A stretch of 64,000 nt of DNA from Paraspadella gotoi (GCA_051294375.1 CM119263.1:13023923-13087922), one strand, 5' to 3'. Numbered from the stretch's first letter, positions 38,600 through 52,237 are shown. The notes: generated from the letters alone by a model not told the origin. Translations and numbers: made by a program.

Positions 38600-41500
38600 T
38601 CAAAACGTCGTTTTTGACAACGTCGTCGTCGCGCTTTTGTCGTTGACCCTTCGTCGAGACTTAAAGAAACCGCGGGACTTTTTTTCCAAAGTTTGAGGAT
38701 TTCCCAGAGCGTCTTGCGGAAGTTCTACACTGTGCAGCACACAGCGAATTTCGAAGAGGGAATAGAGGCAGAGAAGAGTCAAGCAAAAGTTTTTGTAGTA
38801 GTTGCACGGGATAGAGTTTGTCGCAGTCCACGATTTCGCGCTGAAAAGATGGAGGGAATGAGTTGTTTGGTTATTGAATGAAAATGTATATCAAAATATA
38901 TCGCTATTTCTTAAAAAAAAAAAATCACATTTTTTTACGTGAAACCTTGAAGTGATGGGTGATGATTTCGAGAATTTCCAATCACACCATGAGCGGGAGG
39001 TGACTGACGACGAAGAGAGAAAGAATCGACGGGCGAATCTGGGAATCGGAGACGGCGACGCTTTGGATTCGCGGAGGAACCATTCCGCGAGTCTTGCAGA
39101 ACATCACTGCCGCATCATGTGAATTGAGCTATGGTGTGGAAATATCGCCTTTTTTTTCCACCGCTGAAAAAGACAGATCGTGAACGATCTCTCACCCAAT
39201 AATGGAAGGATTGTACTTGGTGAGGGGTCAGCTGATGACGTAGCAGACTGCGAGAAAAAGTCGAGGAAGCCTTCGGTGAGTCTCTCTTCCGATCTTCACC
39301 AATCCGTCTTCCTCCAACTCCTTACGACGGAATGGTTAAACGAAACGTAACATTCCGTGAGAAATTTTGCGATCAAATCACTCAGAATCACGATATTAAA
39401 TCGAAGTCGTTGCGACAAGAGGCCAAACGTCTTTTCGATCCCCTCGTACATCAAAAATTTTGGTTTTTCCCCTTCCCTTTTTAATTCGTAACCATTTTTC
39501 TTTACTATCCTAGGAAAAAATTAGAAACATTTTTACTGAGGATATCTAACTGAAAACTTGCTCGATTTATAAAAATCAGGGAAATGTTTTCAAGACTTCT
39601 ACAATAAATTTCCTTTCAGTTGCTTCTTCCCATTTTTCGATAGATCCAACCGATAGAAGTTGAGGCAAAGATAAGATTGGCTACCTCAAGTGAAAAAATG
39701 ACGGAAAAAATCGCTTTAGTTTCCACAATTCTTGGTATTGAGTTTATTTGTTTCTATTTCAAAATTGAGTTAGTTATTTTTTTCATTTTTTTTTAAATTT
39801 GGTTTATCGCCTGAATAGACAGAACCCTCTCTTCTTGGTTCATAAAGCGTGCAATAGTAGCTCTGAGAAAAGAGGGAAAAAGACGCAACAATTTCATCAT
39901 CAATAGACTTGGAAATCCCGTCGTTCCACCATTGCAAATTTTTCTTCGGCGGTCAACAACAATCAAAAACATTTGTCACAGTCCGTGTTGTCATCTTTAC
40001 GAGAGCATGCCCTAGACGAATTGCAGGCAGTCGGTCCGTGCCGAGGAGGGCATACCAAATATTGAGAATGTTTACCCATGTTTTTATATTTTTTTATTGC
40101 AATATAACTGAACTTTTTAAAAAAATGTTCTAACTTTTTCCTGATAAGACATCTTAAAATTCCTTAAGTTTAGTAAATTTTTTTTAGACTCAACTTGGAA
40201 ACACGACGTGGCGGATTCGGACACGTTGTACCAGAAAAATGACGAAGATGGCGATCGCGAATGTCCGTTCCGCATGTACAATAAAAATCAGATTACAAAT
40301 GGTTGGAAAAATACGAAAATTGACGGAAAACAATGAAGGAACCTGAGCAGCGACACTAACGGGCGGTGAAGTCTCAATGTACAAGCTGAGCGCAAGATAA
40401 CAAGTCTCGTAGCATAAAGAAATATAATGCCGCCGTCGAGTAAACGTGTAGATATGTTCACTGTTGATTAAAATAACTTTCAGAAACATTATTTCGGAGA
40501 ACCGATGAGGGATTTTTGGAGGCAAAAGAATTTCTTGTTATTTTTTACAATATTGTTAACCACTAAAAAAAACTGTTATTAAAGATTTTTTTATAAAAGC
40601 AGACCTCATCCCCCTAATCCAAAAACAGAACCAGTGACATTGGGCGTTTTTTTCCTGGATCAAAGTGTTCGGAGTTGGCTCACTTCCGCTTGCTAATTGA
40701 CGTCACGACGCAACACTGTTTTGGAGATGTTGGTGTGTAAGAGGCGTCAGATGAGCGAATATAGAACATCAGGGTCAAACTGAAACAAAGAGGAGCAGAC
40801 AAATATTTGAATTAAAACGTGTAATAATTGATTTATTATGTACCTCATAGTCGATAAACGCTACCTGTCGGCCCACACGCGATCATGTGACGGAGGTAAT
40901 GTGTTGATTCGTAGTTCGTCCTTTGGTTGTAAAAGTTCAGGACGACGAGCGCTATCGCGTTCCCGGAGCGACGCCTTGTTTTTAAACGGAAAATTTATCC
41001 TCGGTTCATGACCCCTGACGCGGGAAAAACAGAATTCTCACGGCCGCGAGGGGTAAAACGCCGGTCAGATTTTCGAAGGCCAACTGGTTGAGAAGGGAAG
41101 GCCGTTTCATTGATAAAATTTCGATGACTTTCTGTACCCAAAAATAGTGAAGGCATTGAAATTGCACACAACAGTAGATACTACATAATATATATATATT
41201 AAAAGCAAAAAAATGTCTCCATACACTGTATACACTGGTTAACAGTGACATAGTTTGAGATTGATTTTAAGTAGCGCTAACCCATGCGAAAAATGAATTG
41301 GTGGGAAGAATGTAGTCGTACAACAGGATCATCGTCGGCGTACGGAATGTTATCCATACTTTATAAGCTTGAAAAGCTAAAAATATTTCGCCGAGATAAT
41401 TTTGAGAAAGGCGCGCGTTGAGAAAAGTTTTTGAAAAAATCAAGTCGTCTCAATTTAATCATAAAAATTTTAAATTGTTTTCTTTTAAGCGAGGAAGAGG

Positions 41501-42565
41501 AAACTCCTCGGCAGAAAACTTATTCTATCGCCTGCTTTATCATTTAACGAGGCGAAGGATTTTATCGTTTGGTATGGGATCTTATAAAGTCATATAAGTT
41601 AAAAAGACAGACAGAGTTTCTTTCGAGATAAGTTTAATTGATTTCGAGATCTGGATGTCTAATTGGGCTAATTGGCTTTGCATGAAGAGATGACAATTTG
41701 CTCTTCCGCGGATAAATAGATGACAATACCTAATGAATTGAAGAAAAAAAAAAAAAAAAGATCGTAAGGAATTTCAAATCCTCTCCCGATTTAAGTTAGA
41801 GATTCTCTTTTTGCTGCCGAATAATTTTTGTTTGTTGCTTTTAAAAAAATAAAGAATATAAATAAATCATGAAATTGATTCGAATTCGGACGCAAAGCGA
41901 ATCCAGTTTAGCGCAAACCCCGATTTCTTTTTTCGCCCCAAACTTTGGGCAAAGAAAACAAGAAATTCGGTATGTGCATTTTGGAAGTGCAATTTGCATT
42001 TCGCTTGCATCGATGATTGGCCCAGAGTTGTTTGCTTGTCTCTTATAGTGCATCTCTCTCTGAATCAGAGGCAAAAAACTAATAATTATCATTCTACTAA
42101 TCAACGGCCCCTCTGTTCAGGTCTGATTAGCGATTTTGAATTTCTCCGATTGTAACTGACCACTGACAGGCGAAGAAGAAAGGAAATGTATGCAGCAAGA
42201 GAGCCATGGATTATAAAATATCCTTACACTTTCAGAATGACACTGAAATATTTTAAACTTTTTAGTGAGTTTCGCGAAGATGTCCATACTTCACTATTCA
42301 AAGAGCTGCTAGACCATTAGAAGCGTTGAATCTAAAACAAAATATAACATCAATCATACTTGAGAGACCAAACGAAATTTAACTTTTTGTTAAGGTAACA
42401 ACACATGCTGTAAATCAACATCTCTTGGAGCATCGTTAAAGTTTTATTTTAACCTGTTAATCGGTTTTAAAAATTTTTTTTTCCCAAACTTTGTACGATC
42501 AACAACTATCAAAAAACTCCACGACGTAGTAGATTATCACCTGATTCCTCCGCTGTTTCATCCAT
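38600..42565 (-). pseudogene. Second, indel-rich copy of the class A GPCR gene (likely low-quality duplicate of 47849-51620)
   Basis: All nine exons are recognisable by alignment to the intact copy, but many 1-bp insertions break the frame. Confidence 0.7.
39806..39975 (+). pseudogene. Tc1-like transposase N-terminal fragment (noisy duplicate)
   Basis: Aligns to 49025-49185. Confidence 0.6.
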
Positions 42566-42871
42566 CTTAAAATTGTTCGCGTTTTTGTGGTCCCTGAATT
42601 AAGAGAGGTTTAACATTCGTCTGTGTTGAATTTATTTATTCTCTGCTGGGTATAGTCACCGTTATGTCCTTCACCATGACATGAACAGGGAGCAGACGAA
42701 ATCAACTACATGTGAATATTCGTTCTCCCAAGGGGTTTTTTTTTCTTGTTTTTTTTTCCAAATGGGGACAGAAGGATTGCCGAACACTCCTCCAGGTTTC
42801 AATTGGCGAGGGTGGAAAATGAGAGGGAGAAACATCCAATATCACGGAGTTTTTCTCTCTCTCTCTCATCA

Positions 42872-42911
<40 letters not shown>

Positions 42912-43343
42912 CTTCTCTCTCTCACACACACACACAACTGGCTCCCCTTCCCATAACCCATTATGAAATGATTGTCCTTTAACGACTCAATTTCGATCCA
43001 TATTTTTTTTTATATTCGACATTTTTTAATTATTTTCGTAAATCCAGACAATACATTTGAATCTATTCATTTTACAGTAGGCATATATGGTCATGGTCCA
43101 ATGACATTAAAAACTTGGAGAAGGTTAAGCAAAAAAATATTATTGTATTTTTGTAGGTTTTATCAGTATGCTTTGATAGAAACCATACTCAAATTTGGCT
43201 GATCTCAATGACTCATGACTCCATGACTCACAGAAATCAAGATACCAGATCCTTAGCCAGTAGTTGGAACGGACTTTCGCAATAGCTTGACCGGTCGATA
43301 TCGCAGAACTGAGGCTGGCTTTGTTATGTAAATAAGCTACCAA

Positions 43344-43850
43344 TGAAGGAGACAGTAATTATTGTTATGACGTTAGTGAAGAACCGTTCAATGTAAGCAG
43401 TCCCTGAGCTTCGGATCAGGCTGTTAACACCATGTTACAGGCGGGTTAAGCCGCCCCGTCCCTTTCGTAACTGCCAGCACGACCACCGGGCTTAGAACCG
43501 GACCTTTGGGGTTGGGAGCGATGACTGCCTCCAGCCACCAATGGCCTGATGAACGGGACCCCTCCCGTGTGTCTGGTCTTCTAGTGAATTGGTTGTTGGG
43601 TGGGAAACCATGTCTGAGGCAATCGCCTGATGGTGGGCGGAAAGTGCATCGCCAGGTGAGGCATTGTTGCCTGAAAGTGTTGTTGTTTGCTGTTCGTGTT
43701 CGGAAGTCGGGGCTCACCAATGAAGATGACAGTAATTTGATAAGTGTTAATGACAGAACCCGTTCATTAAGTAGTCGACTTCGGATCAGGCTGTAACACC
43801 ATGTTACTGTGGTAAGTGCCGCCCCTCTTAAACTGCCAGATGACCACCGG
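43344..43850 (-). mobile_element. Noisy, truncated duplicate of the tRNA-LTR TRIM
   Basis: Aligns to 52346-52905, with the PBS-like GTCGGGGCTCACCA at ~43706-43719; cut by the duplication junction. Confidence 0.7.
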
Positions 43851-43866
43851 GCGAATTCTCTCTCTT

Positions 43867-43902
<36 letters not shown>

Positions 43903-45289
43903 AATGCCAGAAAAAGGAAGGGGGACGGAGATCTGTTCTTAACGAGGCCTGGCGTATGGAGGGAAAATAGGATGAACCTTCTTGGTGGTGACGTTTTTCA
44001 GCCAATTCGTCAAACGCCCCTCTGGGTTTTTTCCACCGTCTTTCTTTTTAATTTTCTCTTCCCATTTTCTTTTTTTTTTCTTTGTTATTAGGGTTTAAAA
44101 AAAAAACTCGCCCATTTTCTCTGTTTTAATAACTAGGCCGAGTGTCGCTGTCACATCAATCGTGAAATAGATGGGCCGAGTGGTCAGGTGGTCGTAATTG
44201 AAATGACAAAAGTTGTATCGGGGTTAGCAGTCGCCGTCGTCGTCAGCTAAAGCTGGCAGCTCGTTCTCAAATATTATTTTTAATTTATTTTCTTTGTTTA
44301 AATTTTTTTTTTAGTAGACTTTGTATTTAACCTTTCTTTCGTTATTTTTGTAAGATTTAAGAGAGACGAAAATTTTTGTGTAAACAAGGATTTTTATTTG
44401 AAATAAAATCGGAAAAGTTTCGACTCTTGGATTTCGAGTCTTCGTCATCGTTTTTCAATTTTTTTTTTAAATTCCGACGACCGTAGGTCTAACCCTAATT
44501 GAAAATATAAAAATTACGCATACATTCAATAAAATTAAGCTATTCTAACCCGAGACACGCGACAAGCTAAATCAGTAAATGATAATACGATATTGAATTT
44601 CTAATTCTAATTTCTTTTAGCCTTAGATCCGAAACTCGTTTGAATTTTTATGTTCGATCCCAACCATAAATAAAATTCTCCGCTCGCCATCTAAATTCTA
44701 ATTGTTTTAATCGCCGTTCGCTGAATCCGCGTCGACGGAGAGCGAACGATGCGGCGACGCGGCGAACCCAGCGGGTGACGGGGTCGACGGCTCGATTTCC
44801 TTAATCTCCTGAAATAAAAAGAATTTCAAAATATCATTATATGTTTTTTGGGAGTAATAGTTAAAAATGACTCCCTATAGCACGCCCATTACCTTCTCCT
44901 CTTTCTCGCCATCTAATACTATTCCTTTGCAGACGTACACTTTGACTTTTGCCAACCGACAGCACGAGAGAAACTCGCACCCCAGGAAGTTAGGATTTTT
45001 TTGACTCGCCGAGCCGACCCTCAAACCGCCTTCGACGTCTAACGAACAAAGAGACTTCTCTAGCGACGTCCCATAGTGTCGGCATAGTAATCGTTTAATA
45101 AATCAATTGAATTATCTAAATATATAAATGAAACTGTTTCGTAAAAATGTTTTATAAATAGTATGACATGAGCTAACCATCTTATAAGTTATTGAACTCT
45201 TCGGAGCAAAGTTTTTCTTTACTTGTTTTGCGTCGATTTTATCGATTTTCCGAAAATCAGCGACGAGAATTTTTATGGGAAGTTGACGA

Positions 45290-45334
<45 letters not shown>

Positions 45335-45499
45335 TCTCTCTCCTCTCTCTCTCTCTCTTCTCTCTCTTTCTCTCAAATACAAACCTCCCCCAAACCCTTA
45401 TTACTTCGTTCTCTTCCCGCGCTGGCGGCTTCGTCATTAGTCAAAAGATATGAGGCTTTAAATCTTCGTCTCCTCTCTCTCTCCTCTCTCTCTCTCTCT

Positions 45500-45531
<32 letters not shown>

Positions 45532-46990
45532 TCCCCCTCCCTCCTAACCACTCCGCCGTCTGGGCCCCTCATTTTTCTCTCTTTTCCTTTTCTCAATTTC
45601 CTTTAGTTACCGACTTTAAACTAAAGGAAAGAGGGGGGGAAAAAACGGAGAGAGAGGGGAGCCCGGAGTCGTTAATTTTCAATCAGAAACTTGATTTGCA
45701 TACTTTTCCGTTCTTCGAGCCCAAATATTCGGCGCAAATGGCCAGACGTCCTGGGTTGGCCGAGCGGGGGGGGGAAGGAGGGGCGGGAAGGCGATGGTAA
45801 GAGGCGGGCGTGACAAGAGGGAAAGACGAGGCAATGGCTGGGGTTGTTGAGAGGGGGGGAGGGGAAGCGCCGGGACTTTCGAATCGCCCTAAATTTTTTT
45901 TTCCTCGGGGAGTTTTTTGAAGGATTTGAAGTGGAAAAAAAAATTTATTAACAATTTAATAATTCCGGTTAAAGCTGGAAAGCGTTAGCTCGCTGCACGG
46001 GCGAGCCTTGACTAGCGTCTCGCGCGCTTGCGTTAACTTAACTTAGGAACGACTCGATGGTTTTTATATAAAAATAGCGGTAAATGACGTCATGCGGTAC
46101 TGTTAAACATATTTTTTTAACACGTTTTTTTTTCGTCCGTATTTTTGAAAAAAATTGTACATATAAGAAAATGATATCGCCACGACCCAGTATTTTGTTA
46201 TTTGGGTTACATATATAAATATTAAATATACACGAATGTTTTTTGGGTTTTTTGTTTTGTTTTTTTTTGCATAATTTCTTCTATGCAAAAATGAAAGCAG
46301 TGAATAAATATCCTTTGAAATCTTTAGCGAACTGTTAGGACCCGCCTGTCCGCTTCCTCCAAAAAGTAAAACTCCCCGAGAAATTTCAGAGAGCCTAATC
46401 CACTCTCGTCCAGTGATTTAATCTAAACTAATGGCAAGAATTGGTTGTCAGAGCATCTCGACGGTCCAATTGCCAGTTACTCTTTTTTCCTCTTGGAGTT
46501 CATGAAAATATGAAATTAAGAGGACCAAAATAAAATAATTAAAGCACATTGATATTTAAGTAAATAAATGATTTAATCAACGAAGTGAACACTCAACAGT
46601 CAACAGTCAACACTCAACAGGCCCGCTCGATGAGATTAACATTTTACCGAGTAAAAGATGAGACTTTGGGTATAACAGACTCTTACTAATTTTTTTCTCA
46701 TGCAAGTACTTACATATTTATTTTCACTATACTATTATAACAAAGCTATTATAAAGAAACCAGTTTTTTCAATAAACACAGACTTTGCTTCCCGTACGAA
46801 TTATACATTGAGCCTCTGCCATTTGTTTTATTCGGAGACGGAAAACCATCTCTCCGATCTAATACGGACCTCTTTAGGAAATTTTTTACGTCTTATAACA
46901 AAAGATAATTCAAGAATTATTTCTATCTATGAGATTGGTACAAACAATATCTCTTTCTCCATGTAATGTCAGCGTGTATGAATTTAATTA

Positions 46991-47382
46991 TTAGTTGCGC
47001 CGCTTATAATCCACTTTTCGGTCGGTAGCTTGGTCCGTCTATCCGTTCATCAGTCTATCTCACTAAGTCTAAAGGTTTAAATGCTCATAATTCGGGTAAT
47101 ATTGCGTATTTGGTAGGAAGGGAAGGTGCCATAATACTTTAATGTGCATACACATATATTATATTTGTGCAGTCACGTGATAACTTAAAAATCAATCACA
47201 TGACTAAAAATTTAATATGTATTCATGGAAAACTCTGTCATTTTATCTATCATTCAGCAGGGTGGTAAGGTATCAAGAAATGCTTTTTGTGCATGTGTTA
47301 TACTTGTATTGTTATGTGATAATCAAGAAATGCCTCCACGAAACTAAAGAAAGTTACTGCGGCGCAACACCTTGAACTTGTT
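46991..47382 (+). mobile_element. HINE-like element (duplicate of 37724-38123)
   Basis: GTTGCGCCGC 46994-47003 and GCGGCGCAAC 47359-47368. Confidence 0.7.
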
Positions 47383-47848
47383 CTTTTTTTTTTCTGAAAA
47401 ACTTTGACCTAATGACAAGAATATCTTGGATTTATATTAATTTCTTTGCTTTGATAGCACTTCTTTCGGATGGTTCTCTCCTTTTGAGTCCTAATAACAG
47501 AATGAGAAATTCTGAGACATAAAAAATAGATTCTTTATAAAAATTGGGAAAGAATTGTAAAATATTGCCTTAGGTAGTAGTACTTAATAGGTTTGGACTT
47601 TATTGTGTTTGTTAAAATGACTAGTAAAGCATGTAATATTCCTATGGAAGAAATAACCAAGGAAAAGAAAAAAGTAAAAAATTCATATCTAAGAAAAAAT
47701 TACAACAATAAAAAAATCTTCGAATTGGTCATACGAGAGTGGTGAAAAACGGAAAGAGATGTAAAATTTGTTAATTGGGTTTCTTTTAAAGCTTTTTAGT
47801 TCCAAATTTCATCGTTTGTTAGTTTGTTTTAGATCAGCTTTTAATTTT

Positions 47849-50800
47849 TCAAACGTCGTTTTTGACAACGTCGTCGTCGCTTTTGTCGTTGACCCTTCGT
47901 CGAGACTTAAAGAAACCGCGGGACTTTTTCTTCCAAAGTTTGAGGATTTCCCAGAGCGTCTTGCGGAAGTTCTCCACTGTGCAGCACACAGCGAATTTCG
48001 AAGAGGAATAGAGGCAGAGAAGAGTCAAGCAAAAGTTTTTGTAGTAGTTGCACGGGATAGAGTTGTCGCAGTCCACGATTTCGCGCTGAAAAGATGGAGG
48101 GAATGAGTTGTTTGGTTATTGAATGAAAATGTATATCAAAATATATCGCTATTTCTTAAAAAAAAAAAAATCACATTTTTTTACGTGAAACCTTGAAGTG
48201 ATGGGTGATGATTTCGAGAATTTCCAACACCATGAGCGGGAGGTGACTGACGACGAAGAGGAGAAAGAATCGACGGGCGAATCGATGGGAATCGGAGACG
48301 GCGACGTTTGGATTCCGGAGGAACCATCGCCGAGTCTTGCAGAACATCACGCCGATCACTGTGAATTGGAGTATGGTGTGGAAATATCGCTTTTTTTTTC
48401 CACGTGAAAAAGACAGATCGTGAACGATCTCTCACCCAATAATGGAAGGATGTACTTGGTGAGGGGGTCAGCGATGGCGTAGCAGACGCGAGAAAAGTCG
48501 AGGAAGCCTTCGGTGAGTCTCTCTTCGATCTTCACCAATCCGTCTTCCTCCAACTCCTTCGACCGGGAATGGTTAAACCGAAACGTAACATTCGTGAGAA
48601 ATTTTGCGATCAAATCACTCACGAATCACGATATTAAATCAAGTCGTTGCGACAAGAGGCAAACGTCTTTTCGATTCCCCTCGTACATACAAAAATTTGT
48701 TTTCCCCTTTTTAATTCGTACATTTTTCTTACTATCTAGGAAAAAAGTTAGAAACATTTTTAATTGAGGATATCTACTCGAAAACTTGCTCGATTTTTAA
48801 AAAATCAGGATGTTTCAGATTCTACACTAAATTTCCTTTCAGTTGCTTCCTTCCATTTTTTCGTAGATCCAACCGTATAGAAGTTAGAGGCAAAATAAGA
48901 TTGCTACCTCAAGTGAAAAATGACGGAAAAAATCGCCTTTAGTTTTCCACAATTCTTGGTATTGAGTTATTTGTTTCTATTTCAAATTGAGTTAGTTATT
49001 TTTTTCATTTTTTTAAATTTGGTTATGCCGAATAGACAGCCCCTCTCTTTGGTTCATAAAGGTGCAATAGTAGCTCTGAGAAAAGAGGGAAAGACGCAAC
49101 AATTCATCAGCAATAGACTTGGAATCCCTCGTTCCACCATTGCAAATTTTTTACGGCGATACAACAAATCAAAAACATTTGGTGTGTCAGCTTTACGAGA
49201 GCATGCCCAGACGAATGCAGGCAGTGGTCGATGCCGAGGGAGGGCATACCAAATATTGAGAATGTTTTACCCATGTTTTGTATATTTTTTATTGAATAAA
49301 TGAACTTTTAAAAAAAAATGTTTCTAACTTTTTTCCTAGATAGTACATCTTAAAATTCTTAAGTTTAGTAAAATTTTTTTTAGACTCAACCTTGAAACAC
49401 GACGTGGGGATCGGCACGTTGTACAAAATAATGACGAAGATGGCGATCGCGATGTCCGTTCCCTGACATAAAAATCAGATACAAATTTTGTGAAAATACA
49501 AAATTGACGGGAAAAACAATGAAGGAAACCTGGAGCATGTCGACACTAACGGGCGGCTGAAGTCTCATGTACAAGTTGAGCGCTAAGATAACAAGTCCGT
49601 AGATAGAAGTATAATGCGCCGTCGAGTAAACCGTGTAGAAGTAGTTCACTGTGATTAAAATAACTTTCAGAACATTATTTCGAGAACGATAGAGGGATTT
49701 TTGGAGGCAAAAGAATTCTTGTTATTTTTTACAATATTGTTATACACTAAAAAAAACTGTTATTAAAGATTTTTTTATAAAAGCAGACCCATCCCCTAAT
49801 CCAAACAGAACCAGTGACATTGGCGTTTTTTTCTGGATCAAAAGTGTCGGAGTTGGCGTCACTTCCGTTGCTAATTGACGTCACGACGCAACTGTTGGAG
49901 ATGTTGGTGTAAGAGGCGTAGATGGCGAATATAGACATCAGGGTCAAACTGAAACAAAGAGGAGCAGACAAATATTTTTGAATTAAACGTTAAAATGATT
50001 TTTGTACCTCATTAGTCATAAACGCTACCTGTCGGCCCACACGATCATGTGGAGGTAATGTTTGATTCGTAGTTCGTCCTTGGTGTAAAAGTGCAGGACG
50101 ACGAGCGCTATCGCGTTCCCAGCGACGCCTGTTAAACGAAAATTTATCCTCGGTTCATGACCCTGACGCGGGAAAAACAGAATTCACGGCCGCGAGGGGT
50201 AAACGCCCGGTCAGAGTTCGAGGCCACGGTTGAGAAGGGAAGGCCGTTCATTGATAAAATTTCGATGACTTTCTGTACCCAAAAATATTTGAAGGCATTG
50301 AAATTGCACACACAGTAGATACTACATAATATATATATATTAAAAGCAAAAAAATGTCTATACACTGTATACACTGTATACAGTGACATAGTTTGAGATT
50401 GATTTAGTAGCGCTACCTGCGAAAATGATGGTGGGAAGAATGTAGTCGTACAACAGGATCATCGTCGGCGTCGGAATGTATCCATACTTTATGAAGCTGA
50501 AAAGTAAAATATTCGCGAGATAATTTTGAGAAGGCGCGCGGAGAAAAGTTTTTGAAAAACAAGTCGTCAATTAATCATAAAATTTAAATTGTTTTTCTTT
50601 TAAGCGAGGAAGAGGAAACTCCTCGGCAGAAACTTATCTATGCGCCTGCTTTATCATTTAACGAGGCGAAGGATTTATGTTGTATGGGGTTATAAAGTTC
50701 ATATAAGTAAAGACAGACAGAGTTTCTTCGAGATAAGTTAATTGATTTCGAGATTGGATGTCTAATTGGCTAATTGGCTTTGCATGAAGAGATGACAATT

Positions 50801-51620
50801 TGCTCTTCGCGGAATAAGATGACAAACTAATGAATGAAAAAAAAAAAAAAAAAGATGGAGAATTTCAAATCCTCTCCCGTTAAGTTAGAGATTCGCTTTT
50901 GTGCGAAATTTTTTTTGTTGCTTTAAAAAAATAAAGAATATAAATAAAGTCATGAAATTGATTCGAATTCGGACGAAAGCGAATCCAGTTTTAGCGAAAC
51001 CCGATTCTTTTTTCGCCCCAAACTTTGGGCCAAAGAAAACAAGAAATTCGGGATGTGCATTTGGAAGTGCAATTTGCATTTCGCTGAATCGAGATTGGCC
51101 CAGAGTTGTTTGCTTGCTCTTTATAGTGCATCTCTTCTCGAATCAGAGGCAAAAAACATAATAATTATCATTTACTAATCAACGGCCCCCTGTTCAGGTA
51201 TTAGCGATTTTGAATTTTCCCGATTGTAACTGACCACTGAAGGAAGGAAGAAAGGAAATGTATGCAGCAAGGAGCCATGGGAATTATAAAATATCCTACT
51301 TTCAAATGAACTGAAATTTTTAAAACTTTTAGTTGAGTATTCGCGAAGATGTCCATACTTCACTATTAAAGAGCTGCTAGCCATTAGAAGCGTTGAATTT
51401 AAAACAAAATATAAATCAAACATATTTGAGAGAAAACGAAAAAATTTAACTTTTGTTAAGTAACAACACATCTTAAATCAACACTTGAGCATCGTAAAGT
51501 TTTTATTTTAACTTGTAATCGGTTTTAAAAATTTTTTTTTCTCCAAATTTTACGATCAACAAATCAAAAAACTCCACACGAGTAGATTATTCACCTTAAT
51601 TCCTCCGCTGTTTCATCCAT
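47849..51620 (-). CDS. Divergent rhodopsin-like (class A) GPCR, peptide-receptor/chemoreceptor-like, 352 aa, 9 exons
   Basis: Exons 51595-51620, 50417-50496, 50029-50128, 49812-49948, 49530-49648, 49391-49462, 48436-48556, 48192-48358, 47849-48085; all GT-AG, phases compatible, 1059 nt with no internal stop. Seven hydrophobic segments: ILPTIIFAGVAGNAIALVVL; YLHMIVWADSLTL; AHYTSIYGLVILALNLY; IAIFVIILYNVP; YILPLLVIGVMFCK; FFLLFVVSHLPLMVLEIL; CLTLLCLYSSSKFAVCC; then helix 8 ENFRKTLWEIL. Exon 1 is the least certain. Confidence 0.88.
49025..49185 (+). pseudogene. Tc1/mariner transposase N-terminal helix-turn-helix fragment in GPCR intron 6
   Basis: MPNRQPLSLVHKGAIVALRKEGKTQQFISNRLGIPRSTIANFLRRYNKSKTFG matches the first HTH pattern of Tc1-like transposases; no DDE domain follows. 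Confidence 0.75.
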
Positions 51621-51876
51621 CTTAAAATTGTTCGCGTTTTGTGGTCCCGAATAAGAGAGGTTACATTCGTCTGTGTTGAAATATATTTATTTCGTGCGGT
51701 ATAGTCACCGTATGTCTCACCATGATGAACAGGAGCAGACGAAATTCAACTACATGTGATATTCGTTCTCCCAAGGGTTTTTTTTTTTTTTTTTTTCAAA
51801 TGGGGAAAAGGATGCGATAACTCCTCCAGTTCAATTGGCGAGGGAAAATGAAGGGAGAAAAATCAATATCACGGAA

Positions 51877-51959
<83 letters not shown>

Positions 51960-52209
51960 TGGCCCTCCCATAACCCATTAGTGAAATGATTTGTCTTTAC
52001 GACTAATTTCGATCCATATTTTTTTTATATTCGACATTTTTTAATTATTTCGTAAATCCAGACAATACTTATCTATTCATTACAAGTAGGCATATGGTCA
52101 TGGTCCAATTGACATTAAAAACTAGAGAAGGTAAAGCAAAAAAATAATTATTGTATTTTTGTAGGTTTTATCAGTATGCTTTGATAGAAACCATACTCAG
52201 AATTTTGGC

Positions 52210-52237
52210 TGACTCATGACTCATGACTCATGACTCA
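52210..52237. promoter_or_regulatory. Four tandem perfect TGACTCA (AP-1/TRE consensus) heptamers upstream of the GPCR
   Basis: (TGACTCA)4 seen directly; noisy copy at 43200-43230. A regulatory role is inference. Confidence 0.35.

Noticed and set aside
48198-48407. Plus-strand acidic ORF MMGDDFENF...
   Set aside because: Antisense shadow of GPCR exon 8.
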